From positions 96,001-160,000 of the forward strand of contig JBBQFN010000005.1 of NCBI GenBank assembly GCA_038321985.1: a DNA stretch of 64,000 bases. Direction: 5' to 3'. Shown here piece after piece: positions 10,455-20,031 of this stretch (position 1 is its first letter; each line of letters opens with the position of its first letter). The notes below the pieces were generated by a model. The model was given only the letters and a program-made list of their open reading frames with translations, made no database searches and was not told the origin of the DNA. Origin of the DNA: Cyanophyceae cyanobacterium. GTDB taxonomy: Bacteria; Cyanobacteriota; Cyanobacteriia; Cyanobacteriales; Laspinemataceae. The position numbers and the translations under genes were made by a program.

Positions 10455-11882
10455 ATGGATAAAAGAAAACTTGATATACGTGCTCCACTGATTGCAAAGC
10501 TTAGTCGCGGGACTGGCATTGGCTCCCTCCGTATCCTTCTGTTGATTGTCCTTGATAGTTTAATGTTGAGCTATGCGTGGCTATTCGCGGACAAATTAGG
10601 TACGCCGGTAGGAGCCTTTAGCTTGATAGCCACTCAGAATGAAAACCCAGGATTTTTAATCCCGATCCTGGTCATTACCGTGGGGATTGTTGCTTCATCA
10701 GGACTCTATGGAACGGATGATCGGCGGCGAGATTTTTTTAGCTTAGTCAAATCTCTCAGCTTTGCTCAGTGCGTTTTATTATTTATTGGCTATCTATACG
10801 AACCCGAAGCGGTCATTTCTCGCTCCACGTTCTTATTGTCCTGGATTTTTGCGGTTACCTTTGTCCTTGCTGAGCGTTTAATCCTACATTTAGGGATTGT
10901 TTATTTGCGCCAAAGAGGTGCAATCCGTCAGCGTATTGGCCTAATTTGCAAACCGAAAGATATTGAACCAGCTAAAAAATTTATTACCAAAAGCAAACAA
11001 TATAATATTTGTGATATAGAAGACCTCTCGGCCCAAGAAAAAACCCACGATTGGTCGGAGATGATTCAACGACTCCGAACAAAATCAGTCAGTGAAGTAT
11101 TTGTCTGTTCGGAACTCTCAGTTCGCGACCAAATTTACCTCTATTGGGAATTAAAACGCGCCGGGATTCATCTAAGAATTCTCCCCCTAGGACTGGAACT
11201 CCCGATTCAGTGGTCGGAGATTAAGATGGTCAATGGTATCCCTAGTATGAGATTCCGATCGCCACCGATTGTTGGGGGGGATTATTGGATCAAACGGGGA
11301 TTTGATTTGGTGGCTGCCTTGATCATTATCTTGTTAATTAGTCCCGCGATGCTGTTGTTAGCGCTGCTGATCAAGGTTGATTCCCCCGGGCCGATTTTTT
11401 ACAAACAAGTGCGGGTGGGGTTAAAAGGTCGGCATTTTAAAGTCTGGAAGTTTCGGACGATGGTTACCAATGCCGAACAGTTACAAAAAGAGTTAGAAGC
11501 CAAGAATGAGATGGCTGGGGGAATTATGTTCAAAATGAAGGACGACCCCCGGATCACGCGGATTGGGAGGTTTATCCGACGCTATAGTTTGGACGAAATC
11601 CCGCAAATTATCAATGTTTTACATGGGGAAATGAGTTTAGTAGGGCCTCGTCCTTTTCCCTTGCGCGATGTGGAACGCTTTTCAGAACATCACTTCATGC
11701 GCCATGAAGTCCTGCCGGGAATCACCGGATTGTGGCAGGTCTCTGGCCGTTCTGATATTGTCGATTTTGAAGAAGTCTTCCGCCTGGATATGACCTACAT
11801 TCAAAATTGGTCTGTTTCTCTGGATTTCCAGATTTTATTCCAGACGGTTAAGGCGGTGCTCGCCAAAGAGGGTGCGTATTAG
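10455..11882 (+). CDS. Polyprenyl glycosylphosphotransferase (WcaJ/WbaP-type priming sugar transferase)
   Basis: N-terminal TM helices, then KRGFD...SPGPIFYKQ.RVG..G..F..WKFRTM, DDPRITRIG.FIRRYSLDEIPQ, MSLVGPRP, PGITGLWQVSGRS. Confidence 0.95.
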   Translation: MDKRKLDIRAPLIAKLSRGTGIGSLRILLLIVLDSLMLSYAWLFADKLGTPVGAFSLIATQNENPGFLIPILVITVGIVASSGLYGTDDRRRDFFSLVKSLSFAQCVLLFIGYLYEPEAVISRSTFLLSWIFAVTFVLAERLILHLGIVYLRQRGAIRQRIGLICKPKDIEPAKKFITKSKQYNICDIEDLSAQEKTHDWSEMIQRLRTKSVSEVFVCSELSVRDQIYLYWELKRAGIHLRILPLGLELPIQWSEIKMVNGIPSMRFRSPPIVGGDYWIKRGFDLVAALIIILLISPAMLLLALLIKVDSPGPIFYKQVRVGLKGRHFKVWKFRTMVTNAEQLQKELEAKNEMAGGIMFKMKDDPRITRIGRFIRRYSLDEIPQIINVLHGEMSLVGPRPFPLRDVERFSEHHFMRHEVLPGITGLWQVSGRSDIVDFEEVFRLDMTYIQNWSVSLDFQILFQTVKAVLAKEGAY

Positions 11883-11910
11883 TGCTGGGGGAATCAGGGG
11901 AGATCGCCTC

Positions 11911-12510
11911 TTAATCTGCGGATTTTGGCCGCTGCTGACCAATCCACTCCACCGCCGCCCCTAAATCCGAGGCGATGAAATCCGGATGGGTGTGGTGTTG
12001 GTATTCGCCACCCAAAACACGACTACCATAACCTGTTTTTACCAAAATTCCCGTACAACCGGCATTGTGGGCCATATCCACATCGGTTGCTTTATCCCCC
12101 ACCATAAAACTCTGACTCAGGTCTAAATCATGTTCCCAAGCTGCCGCTACTAACATTCCCGTATTGGGTTTACGCCACGTCGTCCACCGGGTAAAAGCGG
12201 AGTCGGTCCCGCCTTCAGGGGGACTCAAATAGGGACAATAATAGAGGGCATCCAACCGCGCCCCTGCTTCCTGGTCTAATAAGTAACACAGACGCTGGTG
12301 TAGGGCCTCTACATGGCTGGCCGGGTAATATCCCCGCGCTGGACCCGATTGGTTGGAAACCAGACAACAGAATAAATTTCGGTCATTTAAGCTGCGGACG
12401 GCGGCGGCGACACCGGGAATCAAATTTAGGTCTTCAACCCGGTGAATATAGCCGACTTCTTGATTTAAAACACCGTCTCGGTCCAGGAATACTGCGGGTT
12501 TCATGGGCAA
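11911..12510 (-). CDS. gmhB: HAD-IIIA phosphatase, GmhB-like
   Basis: AVFLDRDGVLN, VSNQSG, RKPNTGML, SFMVGDKATD. Confidence 0.8.
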   Translation of the reverse strand: MPMKPAVFLDRDGVLNQEVGYIHRVEDLNLIPGVAAAVRSLNDRNLFCCLVSNQSGPARGYYPASHVEALHQRLCYLLDQEAGARLDALYYCPYLSPPEGGTDSAFTRWTTWRKPNTGMLVAAAWEHDLDLSQSFMVGDKATDVDMAHNAGCTGILVKTGYGSRVLGGEYQHHTHPDFIASDLGAAVEWIGQQRPKSAD

Positions 12511-12532
12511 GGTTTGAAGAGAGTAAAAAAAG

Positions 12533-12594
12533 AAGAATTAAGAATTAATGAGTTAGGATTTTATTAAACTTTATTAATTCTTAATTCTTAATTC
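12533..12594. repeat. Inverted pair of heptamer tandem repeats (AAGAATT / AATTCTT), STRR-like hairpin
   Basis: aagaattaagaattaat...attaattcttaattcttaatt between the GT9 and gmhB genes. Confidence 0.6.
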
Positions 12595-12609
12595 CGACTG
12601 TTCTTTTTT

Positions 12610-13584
12610 TTAGCCTCCCCAAACTTTTTCAAGAACCATCTCCGGTGAAATATCGGCAATTTTGCCGGTGGAAGATTGAATACCGATATAGCGATCGCCT
12701 GGAGGTAGCAATTTGGCTGGGTCTGTAGGACCAAACAACGCGATCGTATAAGTCTGTACCGCCACCGCCAGATGCATCGGCGCACTATCTGTACAAAGCA
12801 TCAAATTAGCAGCGGCGATCGTTGCGGCTAACTTACCCACATCCGGGGGTGAAGTGACCTTAACGCCGGGACAGGACTTAACCAACTGGTCGCATAAAGG
12901 TTTATCCTCGGGTCCTTGAATCAATACCACCGGCAATTGGGGCTGACGCGCTTGCAAGTCTTTGATAATCTGCTGCCATTTTTCAGGCGGATAGATTTTA
13001 TCCAGTCCTTTGATTTGGGACAGTTGGCTAGCACCCCCATGAATCAGAATGTAGCCGCTGTCTTTAACCCCCAGTCTTTGTTGTTCGTCATCGGACCAGC
13101 GCAGATCCTCTTTGAGCAAAGTAACCGCGAGTTCCGGACAAGGCAGGGACGCGCCAAAACCCTGCAACAAGTCGTGGTACATACCCGCAGCATATTGCTC
13201 AGTTTTCAGGGGGACTGGGTTGGTGAGTAACCAGGAGTTGCCTAGATCCGAGTAGCTAATCCGGATAGGGATGCCTGTTAACCAGAGCAACAAACCCACC
13301 ACCCAGCGCTGTCCAAGGGAGATCACCGCATCATATTCGCGATCGCGCATGATCCCCAGCAAATTCCCCCAATCCGCCAACCCGTTGCGATCCTTAAAAT
13401 CAAACGGCAGCACCTGGAGGGACTTGTTATGGAAAAACTTGGATACCCGGTAGGCACCTTTAGACCGAGGCTCCACAACAACATCTATGTAAGCATTGGG
13501 ATATAACCGTTTCAGGCTATCCAACGTCGGGAAAAATAAAATTTGGTCGCCGATTCCGCCTGGGACAAGGGCCAGTATTCGCAT
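12610..13584 (-). CDS. Glycosyltransferase family 9 (heptosyltransferase-like)
   Basis: MRILALVPGGIGDQILFFP, ILIHGG, DSAPMHLAVAV, IALFGPT. Confidence 0.92.
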   Translation of the reverse strand: MRILALVPGGIGDQILFFPTLDSLKRLYPNAYIDVVVEPRSKGAYRVSKFFHNKSLQVLPFDFKDRNGLADWGNLLGIMRDREYDAVISLGQRWVVGLLLWLTGIPIRISYSDLGNSWLLTNPVPLKTEQYAAGMYHDLLQGFGASLPCPELAVTLLKEDLRWSDDEQQRLGVKDSGYILIHGGASQLSQIKGLDKIYPPEKWQQIIKDLQARQPQLPVVLIQGPEDKPLCDQLVKSCPGVKVTSPPDVGKLAATIAAANLMLCTDSAPMHLAVAVQTYTIALFGPTDPAKLLPPGDRYIGIQSSTGKIADISPEMVLEKVWGG

Positions 13585-13840
13585 CTCAATTGATTGAGCT
13601 TACTAAACAGACTCATTCTAAGCGATGAGGTACTTAATCCGATGAGGAATCTTCTTCCTGTAGCCACCCAACCCCGAAAAGGACGCCAAAAAAAGCGCGG
13701 ATCGCCCCTAGACCTCTACTCTAGTTATGATTAGACCTTTTGCATAATTCCGAACCAGACTCCCCCAACTCCCTTTTTACGGTGGGGGGATTTACAGCCA
13801 GAAGTCTATTTTTGAAACCAAACGTTTTAGAGGAACCACC

Positions 13841-14530
13841 GTGCATTTATTGATACCCGCCGCTGGCATGGGGCGACGAATGGGAAGCAACCGCAATAAA
13901 TTACTCCTGAAATTGCTCGATCGCCCCTTAATTGCCTGGACCTTGGACGCGGCGTCTGCCTCCAGTCAGATTACTTGGATTGGTTTAATCGGCCAACCGG
14001 AAGACTGGCCGGAGTTTGAAGCTATCTTAGCCGCGAAACCCCTCACCAAACCTGTGCAATTCATCCCAGGCGGGACCACCCGCCAGGAATCGGTTTATAA
14101 CGGGTTACAGGGACTCCCCCAGGATGCAACCCATGTTTTGATTCACGATGGGGCTAGATGTCTGGCGACCCCTGACCTATTCGATCGCTGTGCTGAGTCC
14201 CTACGTCATTGTCCCGGTTTAATAGCCGCCATCCCGGTTAAAGACACCATTAAGCTAGTGGCGCGGGACTCCTCCATCATTGAACAAACCCCGGACCGAC
14301 AGCAATTATGGGCCGCCCAGACCCCCCAAGGATTTGAGGTGGAGTTATTGAAACAGTGTCACGATCGCGGGCGGTCCCGAGGATGGGAAGTCACCGATGA
14401 TGCGGCTTTATTTGAAAAATGCGACTTGCCGGTGCAGATTGTGCCGGGAGAAGAGACCAATCTGAAAGTGACTACCCCGATGGACTTGGCGATCGCCGAG
14501 TTTATTCTGCGTCAGCAGCAGCACCCTTAA
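13841..14530 (+). CDS. ispD: 2-C-methyl-D-erythritol 4-phosphate cytidylyltransferase
   Basis: IPAAGMGRRMG..RNK, GG.TRQESV, VLIHDGARC, AQTPQGF, VTDDA, NLKVTTP.DL. Confidence 0.97.
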   Translation: MHLLIPAAGMGRRMGSNRNKLLLKLLDRPLIAWTLDAASASSQITWIGLIGQPEDWPEFEAILAAKPLTKPVQFIPGGTTRQESVYNGLQGLPQDATHVLIHDGARCLATPDLFDRCAESLRHCPGLIAAIPVKDTIKLVARDSSIIEQTPDRQQLWAAQTPQGFEVELLKQCHDRGRSRGWEVTDDAALFEKCDLPVQIVPGEETNLKVTTPMDLAIAEFILRQQQHP

Positions 14531-14560
14531 CCGGCCTCCCCGCAACCTTTAAAATTGGGT

Positions 14561-14607
14561 GTGGAGCATCTTGCCCCCTAGGACCATAGCCCGGAAGATG
14601 CTCCCAC
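14561..14607. repeat. REP-like inverted repeat / hairpin downstream of ispD
   Basis: gtggagcatctt...aagatgctcccac arms. Confidence 0.5.
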
Positions 14608-14768
14608 TTAACTCTTAATCCCTAGAGGTTAGGGGTAGTCCCACAAAAGGGCGATCGCCTGCGGTTCACCGTGGAGGATGGCTATCATGGAAATCAGTTT
14701 CTATCCGTTGTTATCAGTCGCGAACTCCGCTACTCCCGCCATCGGGATCGAACTTTTACACCCAATCC

Positions 14769-16223
14769 ATGCTTAGATTTCAGCTTTTTCTACGGTTTAT
14801 TCCGGCAGTCTCGCTTCTTGTCCTAGTGGGGGGCTGTTCCCAAAGGGTCTCACCAACCTCTACCGAGTCTTTCAGCTTACCCTCCGTAGTTGCTCAGGTC
14901 CCGACTGCCCAAACGGTGACTCAGCCATTTGATGAGGCGGTTAAATATGCAACAACAGCGGCTAATTTAGCTCAAAGTGCTCAATCTCCTGCTGAGTGGG
15001 ATGAAGTGTCAAAGCAGTGGCTTCAAGCTATTTATTGGATGCAGTCCGTTTCTCCGACTAGCCCCAGGCGTGCCTTTGCTCAGAAAAAAGTGGCGGAATA
15101 TATGCGCTATCTGATTTACAGCCAAGAGCAAGCTACGGTTAGTTCTCGTCTGAACTATCCCACGTTTAATAGTAATGTCCTGGATGAGCAATTGGGACTC
15201 TATCTGTCGTACATTGAGACGATAGGGCGGCCTGATGTTTTGATTGTGGGTAGTTCTCGGGCATTGCAGGGGGTGGATCCGCGTATCCTTCGTCAAGCCT
15301 TGGGTTCTCAGGGCTTGTCTGGACTGAGAGTGTTTAATTTTGGGATTCACGGTGCGACGGCCCAGGTGGTGCGGTTTCAGTTGCAGGAATTGTTGGGTCC
15401 CGAGCATCTGCCACGGATGATTTTATGGGCGGATGGGGTCCGGGGGTTTAATAGTGGACGGGTGGATCGAACCTATACCGAAATTGTACGATCGCCGGGA
15501 TACCAACGATTACGGTCGGGGGTCCCACCTCGGTTGAGTTCGGGAAGATTGGAGGGGGCGATCGCTGAACACTCCGAAAGGGAATCCCAGTTCCAACCGA
15601 TGAATTTTCCCTCTCCCTCGGATGATTCTACCCTCGTCAAAGACTCCGCCCCTACAGTCCTTTTGCCGGAATCCGTTCCCAGCAAGGTACTATGGTGTTC
15701 CGACTCCCCAGAATGCCTAACCCGGTCCCCCCCTGACACCACCGCCTCCACCCTTGCCAATGCGGTCCCTCGGTTGAGTCCTTTGGGGAATGCGATTGAT
15801 GCTTACGGGTTCCTACCTGTTTCTACCCGCTTCAGTCCTCGTAGTTATTACGAGCAAAGGTCTCCAGTCGCCGGCCTCTATGACCGCGATTATGATAATT
15901 TTCAGTTGGGAGGTATTCAGGGTTCAGCCTTGGAGTCAGTAGTAGGCTTTGCCAAATCCCGTCAAATTCCGTTAGTCATCGTTAATCTGCCCCTGACTGG
16001 TGATTATTTAGATACCACGCGCCGCGCTAGGGAGATAGAGTTCCGCCAGTATATGCGCCGCATGAGCGCTCAGGCGTTTCTCTGGCGGGATCTTTCAATA
16101 GCTCGGGGCCTGAATCGGAATGATTATTTTGAGGACCCTAGTCATTTGAATCAGGGGGGTGCTGCTGCGGTGGCTCGTTTCCTGGCAGCGGACCCCAATA
16201 TTCCCTGGCCGAGACGTCGCTAG
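14769..16223 (+). CDS. Putative lipoprotein: helical N-terminal module plus SGNH/DUF1574-like domain
   Basis: Lipobox-like LVGGC (Cys23); LIVGSSRA, FNFGIHGAT and terminal FEDPSHLNQGGA (GSS...G...DxxH, SGNH-like). Confidence 0.65.
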   Translation: MLRFQLFLRFIPAVSLLVLVGGCSQRVSPTSTESFSLPSVVAQVPTAQTVTQPFDEAVKYATTAANLAQSAQSPAEWDEVSKQWLQAIYWMQSVSPTSPRRAFAQKKVAEYMRYLIYSQEQATVSSRLNYPTFNSNVLDEQLGLYLSYIETIGRPDVLIVGSSRALQGVDPRILRQALGSQGLSGLRVFNFGIHGATAQVVRFQLQELLGPEHLPRMILWADGVRGFNSGRVDRTYTEIVRSPGYQRLRSGVPPRLSSGRLEGAIAEHSERESQFQPMNFPSPSDDSTLVKDSAPTVLLPESVPSKVLWCSDSPECLTRSPPDTTASTLANAVPRLSPLGNAIDAYGFLPVSTRFSPRSYYEQRSPVAGLYDRDYDNFQLGGIQGSALESVVGFAKSRQIPLVIVNLPLTGDYLDTTRRAREIEFRQYMRRMSAQAFLWRDLSIARGLNRNDYFEDPSHLNQGGAAAVARFLAADPNIPWPRRR

Positions 16224-16344
16224 GGGTGAAGTGCTAAAGGCGCGAGACAAGTGAGAAAAGGCGATCGCGCTCCGGTGAGGTAATAGGGTTTGGGGTCCAG
16301 GGACTGGAAATGGTTGAATCAGTGACAGGTCAAGAAACAATAAA

Positions 16345-16376
16345 AAGTGAGGTCCTCTGTACAGAGGACCTCACTT
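16345..16376 (-). terminator. Perfect 32-bp palindrome, intrinsic terminator between convergent genes
   Basis: aagtgaggtcctctgt|acagaggacctcactt with a T-run on the minus strand, downstream of 16442..17047. Confidence 0.75.
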
Positions 16377-16441
16377 AAGTCTAAAACCGTTTGAGTTGAA
16401 CCGTTCTAGCTACTGAAGGCTCACTACTGAGGTCATGTTAC

Positions 16442-17047
16442 TTACCACAGCGCGCGCACAGGTTGCTGAATGTTGGAGACCATGTTGCGATCGTCAATGT
16501 CGAACTCAATGCGACGACCCGGAGTCATGACGGCTTGGCGACAAACATCCGTAGTTACCATATAAGTTCTGATGCCACCATCGGGAAGGCGCAACTGTAA
16601 GCTCGTTTCTTCACAAGAAACGATGTCACCCGCGACCCGGATTGTTCGGGTAGAGGTGGTGGTCGTGGTAGGGGTAGAGGTGGTGGTCGTCGAGCTTGTC
16701 GTGGTGGTCGTGACTCTATCCTCTGGAGTGATGACCGTGACTTGGGTGCCCATCATCCCCGTACTATCCAACATCACCTCAATATCCATCCCCGGCAGCA
16801 ACCCGAGACGGTTTCTATCAGTTTCTGCAATCTCGACAATTTGGGTTTCGCCATTGGGTAGGCGAATGGTGACTTGATTATTACGAATGCTTTGAATGGT
16901 GCCTCGGACCATTGTAGTGGGGTTAGCTTGGCTAATGAATGGGCTCTCCCCTACTGGAGCGACTGGCCGAGACGATGCTGGAAAAACCGATACTCCACAG
17001 AGTACCAGAGACAACATTGTACCCGTTAAGACTTTTATATTTTTCAT
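16442..17047 (-). CDS. Secreted protein with two small beta-rich repeats, a Thr-rich linker and C-terminal PVRALW
   Basis: Sec-type signal MKNIKVLTGTMLSLVLCGVSVFPASS; repeats VRGTIQSI...VTIRLPNG and VAGDIVSC...LQLRLPDG. Confidence 0.75.
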   Translation of the reverse strand: MKNIKVLTGTMLSLVLCGVSVFPASSRPVAPVGESPFISQANPTTMVRGTIQSIRNNQVTIRLPNGETQIVEIAETDRNRLGLLPGMDIEVMLDSTGMMGTQVTVITPEDRVTTTTTSSTTTTSTPTTTTTSTRTIRVAGDIVSCEETSLQLRLPDGGIRTYMVTTDVCRQAVMTPGRRIEFDIDDRNMVSNIQQPVRALW

Positions 17048-17310
17048 CCGAATGACATCCTCACTTCAACACTATTATAAGTTGCGAGGTTCTGCTGAGA
17101 CCTCGCCATCGGACCTAACACACAAGTTGATGCTATAACCGGAACCCTAGCAAAATTGTACCCGTCTGGTCGGGGAGTTGTAATCTACCTAGAGGTAGAG
17201 GTTGGTCCCTTACCATCCAGACCGATGGTTTCTTTTACATCTTAGGCCATTTATGCTTGAACTCGAATCAAGTCCAGCTATAGAATAAAATAATATCAGT
17301 TTTTCTGGAA

Positions 17311-17976
17311 ATGTGTAGCAAGGGTTTGTTAGGAATTATAGATAAAGGAATGGTGCAAGGAGAAATTCTATTGCTCAAGTTTATGCGCCTTACCGTCAGT
17401 ACCGTAGCGGTACTCCTGTCAATGTCATCCCTAGCTTGGGGAACCAGCGTCCCGACCGAAGTATCGGTTGGAAATCGCGCTATTCCTGATTTAGAATGGT
17501 TGCCGGTTTTAGACCCTGACTTACCTCCGTTAGGAGAATATTCTAAATTTCTTCCCTTAGAGGAACTGTATCCTGAAAGCACAACGGTCACCACTCAGTT
17601 AGTGATCCGGTTGAGCGAACGTCGCGTTTATGTCTATCGCAACGATCGCGTCCAAACCAGTTATCCGATCGCCGTCGGCAAGGAAGGGTGGGAAACTCCC
17701 ACCGGCCAATATGAGGTCATGCAAATGCAACGAAATCCGATCTGGGAGCATCCTTGGACGGGTGAGTTAGTTTATCCAGGACCGGATAATCCTTTAGGGT
17801 CACGATGGATTGGGTTCTGGACAGACGGAAAGGATTTAATTGGGTTTCATGGTACTCCCAACGAAGAACTGATTGGAGAGGCAGTTTCCCACGGCTGCGT
17901 CCGAATGCGGAATCAGGATATTTTGTCGTTATATGCCCAGGTAGAACTGGGAACACCTGTGACTGTAGAACCTTAA
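17311..17976 (+). CDS. L,D-transpeptidase (YkuD family); start probably 17350 or 17383
   Basis: IRLSERRVYVY, YPIAVGK..WETPTG, NPLGSRWIGF, IGFHGT...SHGCVRM (catalytic His/Cys). Confidence 0.95.
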   Translation: MCSKGLLGIIDKGMVQGEILLLKFMRLTVSTVAVLLSMSSLAWGTSVPTEVSVGNRAIPDLEWLPVLDPDLPPLGEYSKFLPLEELYPESTTVTTQLVIRLSERRVYVYRNDRVQTSYPIAVGKEGWETPTGQYEVMQMQRNPIWEHPWTGELVYPGPDNPLGSRWIGFWTDGKDLIGFHGTPNEELIGEAVSHGCVRMRNQDILSLYAQVELGTPVTVEP

Positions 17977-18141
17977 TCTCTTCTGAACAGAGTAGAGATT
18001 AAAAAACCCCGAAACACTCGGCAAGAGACGAAGAGGAAGTGAGAAAAGACAATTTTCGCACTTCCTCGCGCTTTAATAATCGCTTAATTCCAAGTGGAAT
18101 AGAATTGGGAAACGGGATAGACAATAGATAGAACTCAGAAA

Positions 18142-20031
18142 TTATTCCAACGATCGCTGATACTCTTCTAACAACTGGAAAATATGATCGTATCCATCAA
18201 CACCGATCGCAGGTATAATCCGAGGGCGATTTTGTTGTAACAAACTCTGAAAAGCCTCCGCCCCCATTTGACCTTGGATAACCGAGAGTAACCCAGCACT
18301 TTGACGCCATTCCTGAGCTTCGATTTGCTCTAACTGATACATTCCTAAACCGCCAAAATAGAGAGTAGCTTCCAGGTTTTGCTGATGATAGTGGGCTTGG
18401 GCTAAATAGGCTAAATTTAACCCTTGAATGTAAAGGTCCCCAGAAATTTGGGCCGCTTCCCATCCCTTTAGTAAGTTAACGATCGCCTTGGGATATTCGG
18501 CGATCGCCACATAAGCAATCCCCAAACTACTACAACATAACGCTTGACTTTGGCGGTCGGCTAATTTCTCCGAAAGCTGTAACCCTTGTTCCAGATAATA
18601 AATCGCCCCCTCATAAACCTCCGGATCCAATTCTCCCTGTTCCCGGGCTTGAAACACCTCACTAAAGCCGAGATTGGCTAAAGCATTAGCCTCTCCCAAG
18701 CGTTCTCCTTCTTGACGAGACCCAATTAACGCTCGCTGGCTACAATCAATCGCCAGGGCATAATTTTTCTGACCCACATAACTGCGGCTGATATGATTGA
18801 GATTTGCAATTTCACAGCGGCGATCGCCTGCTTCCCGAGAAATATCCAGCGCTTGTTGATGAAAGGCAATGGAGCGTTCAAAATTTCCCATTGCTCGCAT
18901 AGAATAACCCAGTAAAGTCAAAATCCGCGCCTTTTCCTCGGTCCCCTCCACTCGTCGCAACGGTTCATCTAGATATTGCAGGGCCCCGCGCAGATACTCC
19001 CCTGTAAAGGCGGCAAATATTCCCCCATAGAGAGGAAAATAATCCCGCTGAGAAAAAGCTCGTAAAATCTGTAACGTTACCTGAAAACAAGCGTTGGTCA
19101 ACCGTTCCCGGGTACTAGAATTAAACTGGGTGCTGCGACTGACCGCACTGGCTAATTGAGACCAAATTAGGGCGAAGGTTAAATAAGTAGAAATCGAGAG
19201 CTTGGCTCCTACTTTGGAGTCATACACCATTTTATCAAACCAAACAACTAACCCCCGTTGTAAACCCTGCAAAATAACGGTCAGTTCTACCCAATCGCTG
19301 ACGTCGGCAGGGGGCTGGCGATCGAAAACATTGTGGAGGGGTTGATTGAATGCAAGGGTACTAAACAGGGCTTGGGGAAAAGGACGATTAACTTGTTTCG
19401 CCCACAGCGCCCAGGGGCCCTGCTGTCCAGGAATTCCGCCAAATCCAAGCTGTCCTCTGCCTTGTTCGTAGATCCAACTAACCAGGTGAGATTCCACCTG
19501 CTGCCAGGATTTTAAGCCTTGTTGAAGTCCGGTAGCTAGGGGTGAGACTTCCAGGTGCAATTCGGGATTGGCAATGCTATCCAGTTTATTCGTGAGGGTA
19601 TTGGCAAGTTGACGTTGTTGTTCGAGGGTCAGCGGTTGAGGTTGGTTGGGATCAATCTCGCGCAGGAGTGTCAACAGGCGCGTGTTGGGTTCGGCTTGCA
19701 TAATGCGCTCAGCGGCAGCAGCGATCGCATCCTTGACTTGATTTTCCTTTTGCCAGCGTTCCCATTGTTTTTCGATAGTCTGTAATGCTCGCTGAATACG
19801 GGTAGCTTTGGCTATTTTCAACTCGTCGGTTTCTTGATCGAGTTGGGATTTAGTATTGCTGAGGCGATCGCCCAGACAGCGCTCAAAAATTTCTCCAGTG
19901 CCACTGGCAATCTCTTGCACCAGCATTTGATAGACCTGCTCAACGGAGCGAATTTTCCCTTTGAGGGTCATCTCTACGATGTTATCGACTAATTGTAAGT
20001 AGCGATCGCGCAAGGAAGTAGAATCTGACAT
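18142..20031 (-). CDS. Tetratricopeptide repeat protein
   Basis: C-terminal TPRs, e.g. ARILTLLGYSMRAMGNFERSIAFHQQALDISREAGDRRCEIANLNHIS. Confidence 0.8.
   Translation of the reverse strand: MSDSTSLRDRYLQLVDNIVEMTLKGKIRSVEQVYQMLVQEIASGTGEIFERCLGDRLSNTKSQLDQETDELKIAKATRIQRALQTIEKQWERWQKENQVKDAIAAAAERIMQAEPNTRLLTLLREIDPNQPQPLTLEQQRQLANTLTNKLDSIANPELHLEVSPLATGLQQGLKSWQQVESHLVSWIYEQGRGQLGFGGIPGQQGPWALWAKQVNRPFPQALFSTLAFNQPLHNVFDRQPPADVSDWVELTVILQGLQRGLVVWFDKMVYDSKVGAKLSISTYLTFALIWSQLASAVSRSTQFNSSTRERLTNACFQVTLQILRAFSQRDYFPLYGGIFAAFTGEYLRGALQYLDEPLRRVEGTEEKARILTLLGYSMRAMGNFERSIAFHQQALDISREAGDRRCEIANLNHISRSYVGQKNYALAIDCSQRALIGSRQEGERLGEANALANLGFSEVFQAREQGELDPEVYEGAIYYLEQGLQLSEKLADRQSQALCCSSLGIAYVAIAEYPKAIVNLLKGWEAAQISGDLYIQGLNLAYLAQAHYHQQNLEATLYFGGLGMYQLEQIEAQEWRQSAGLLSVIQGQMGAEAFQSLLQQNRPRIIPAIGVDGYDHIFQLLEEYQRSLE

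Noticed and set aside
16572..17138. Antisense ORFs with Val-rich runs, and similar shadow ORFs opposite the pentapeptide and Pro-rich genes
   Set aside because: Explained as reverse-frame shadows of low-complexity coding sequence
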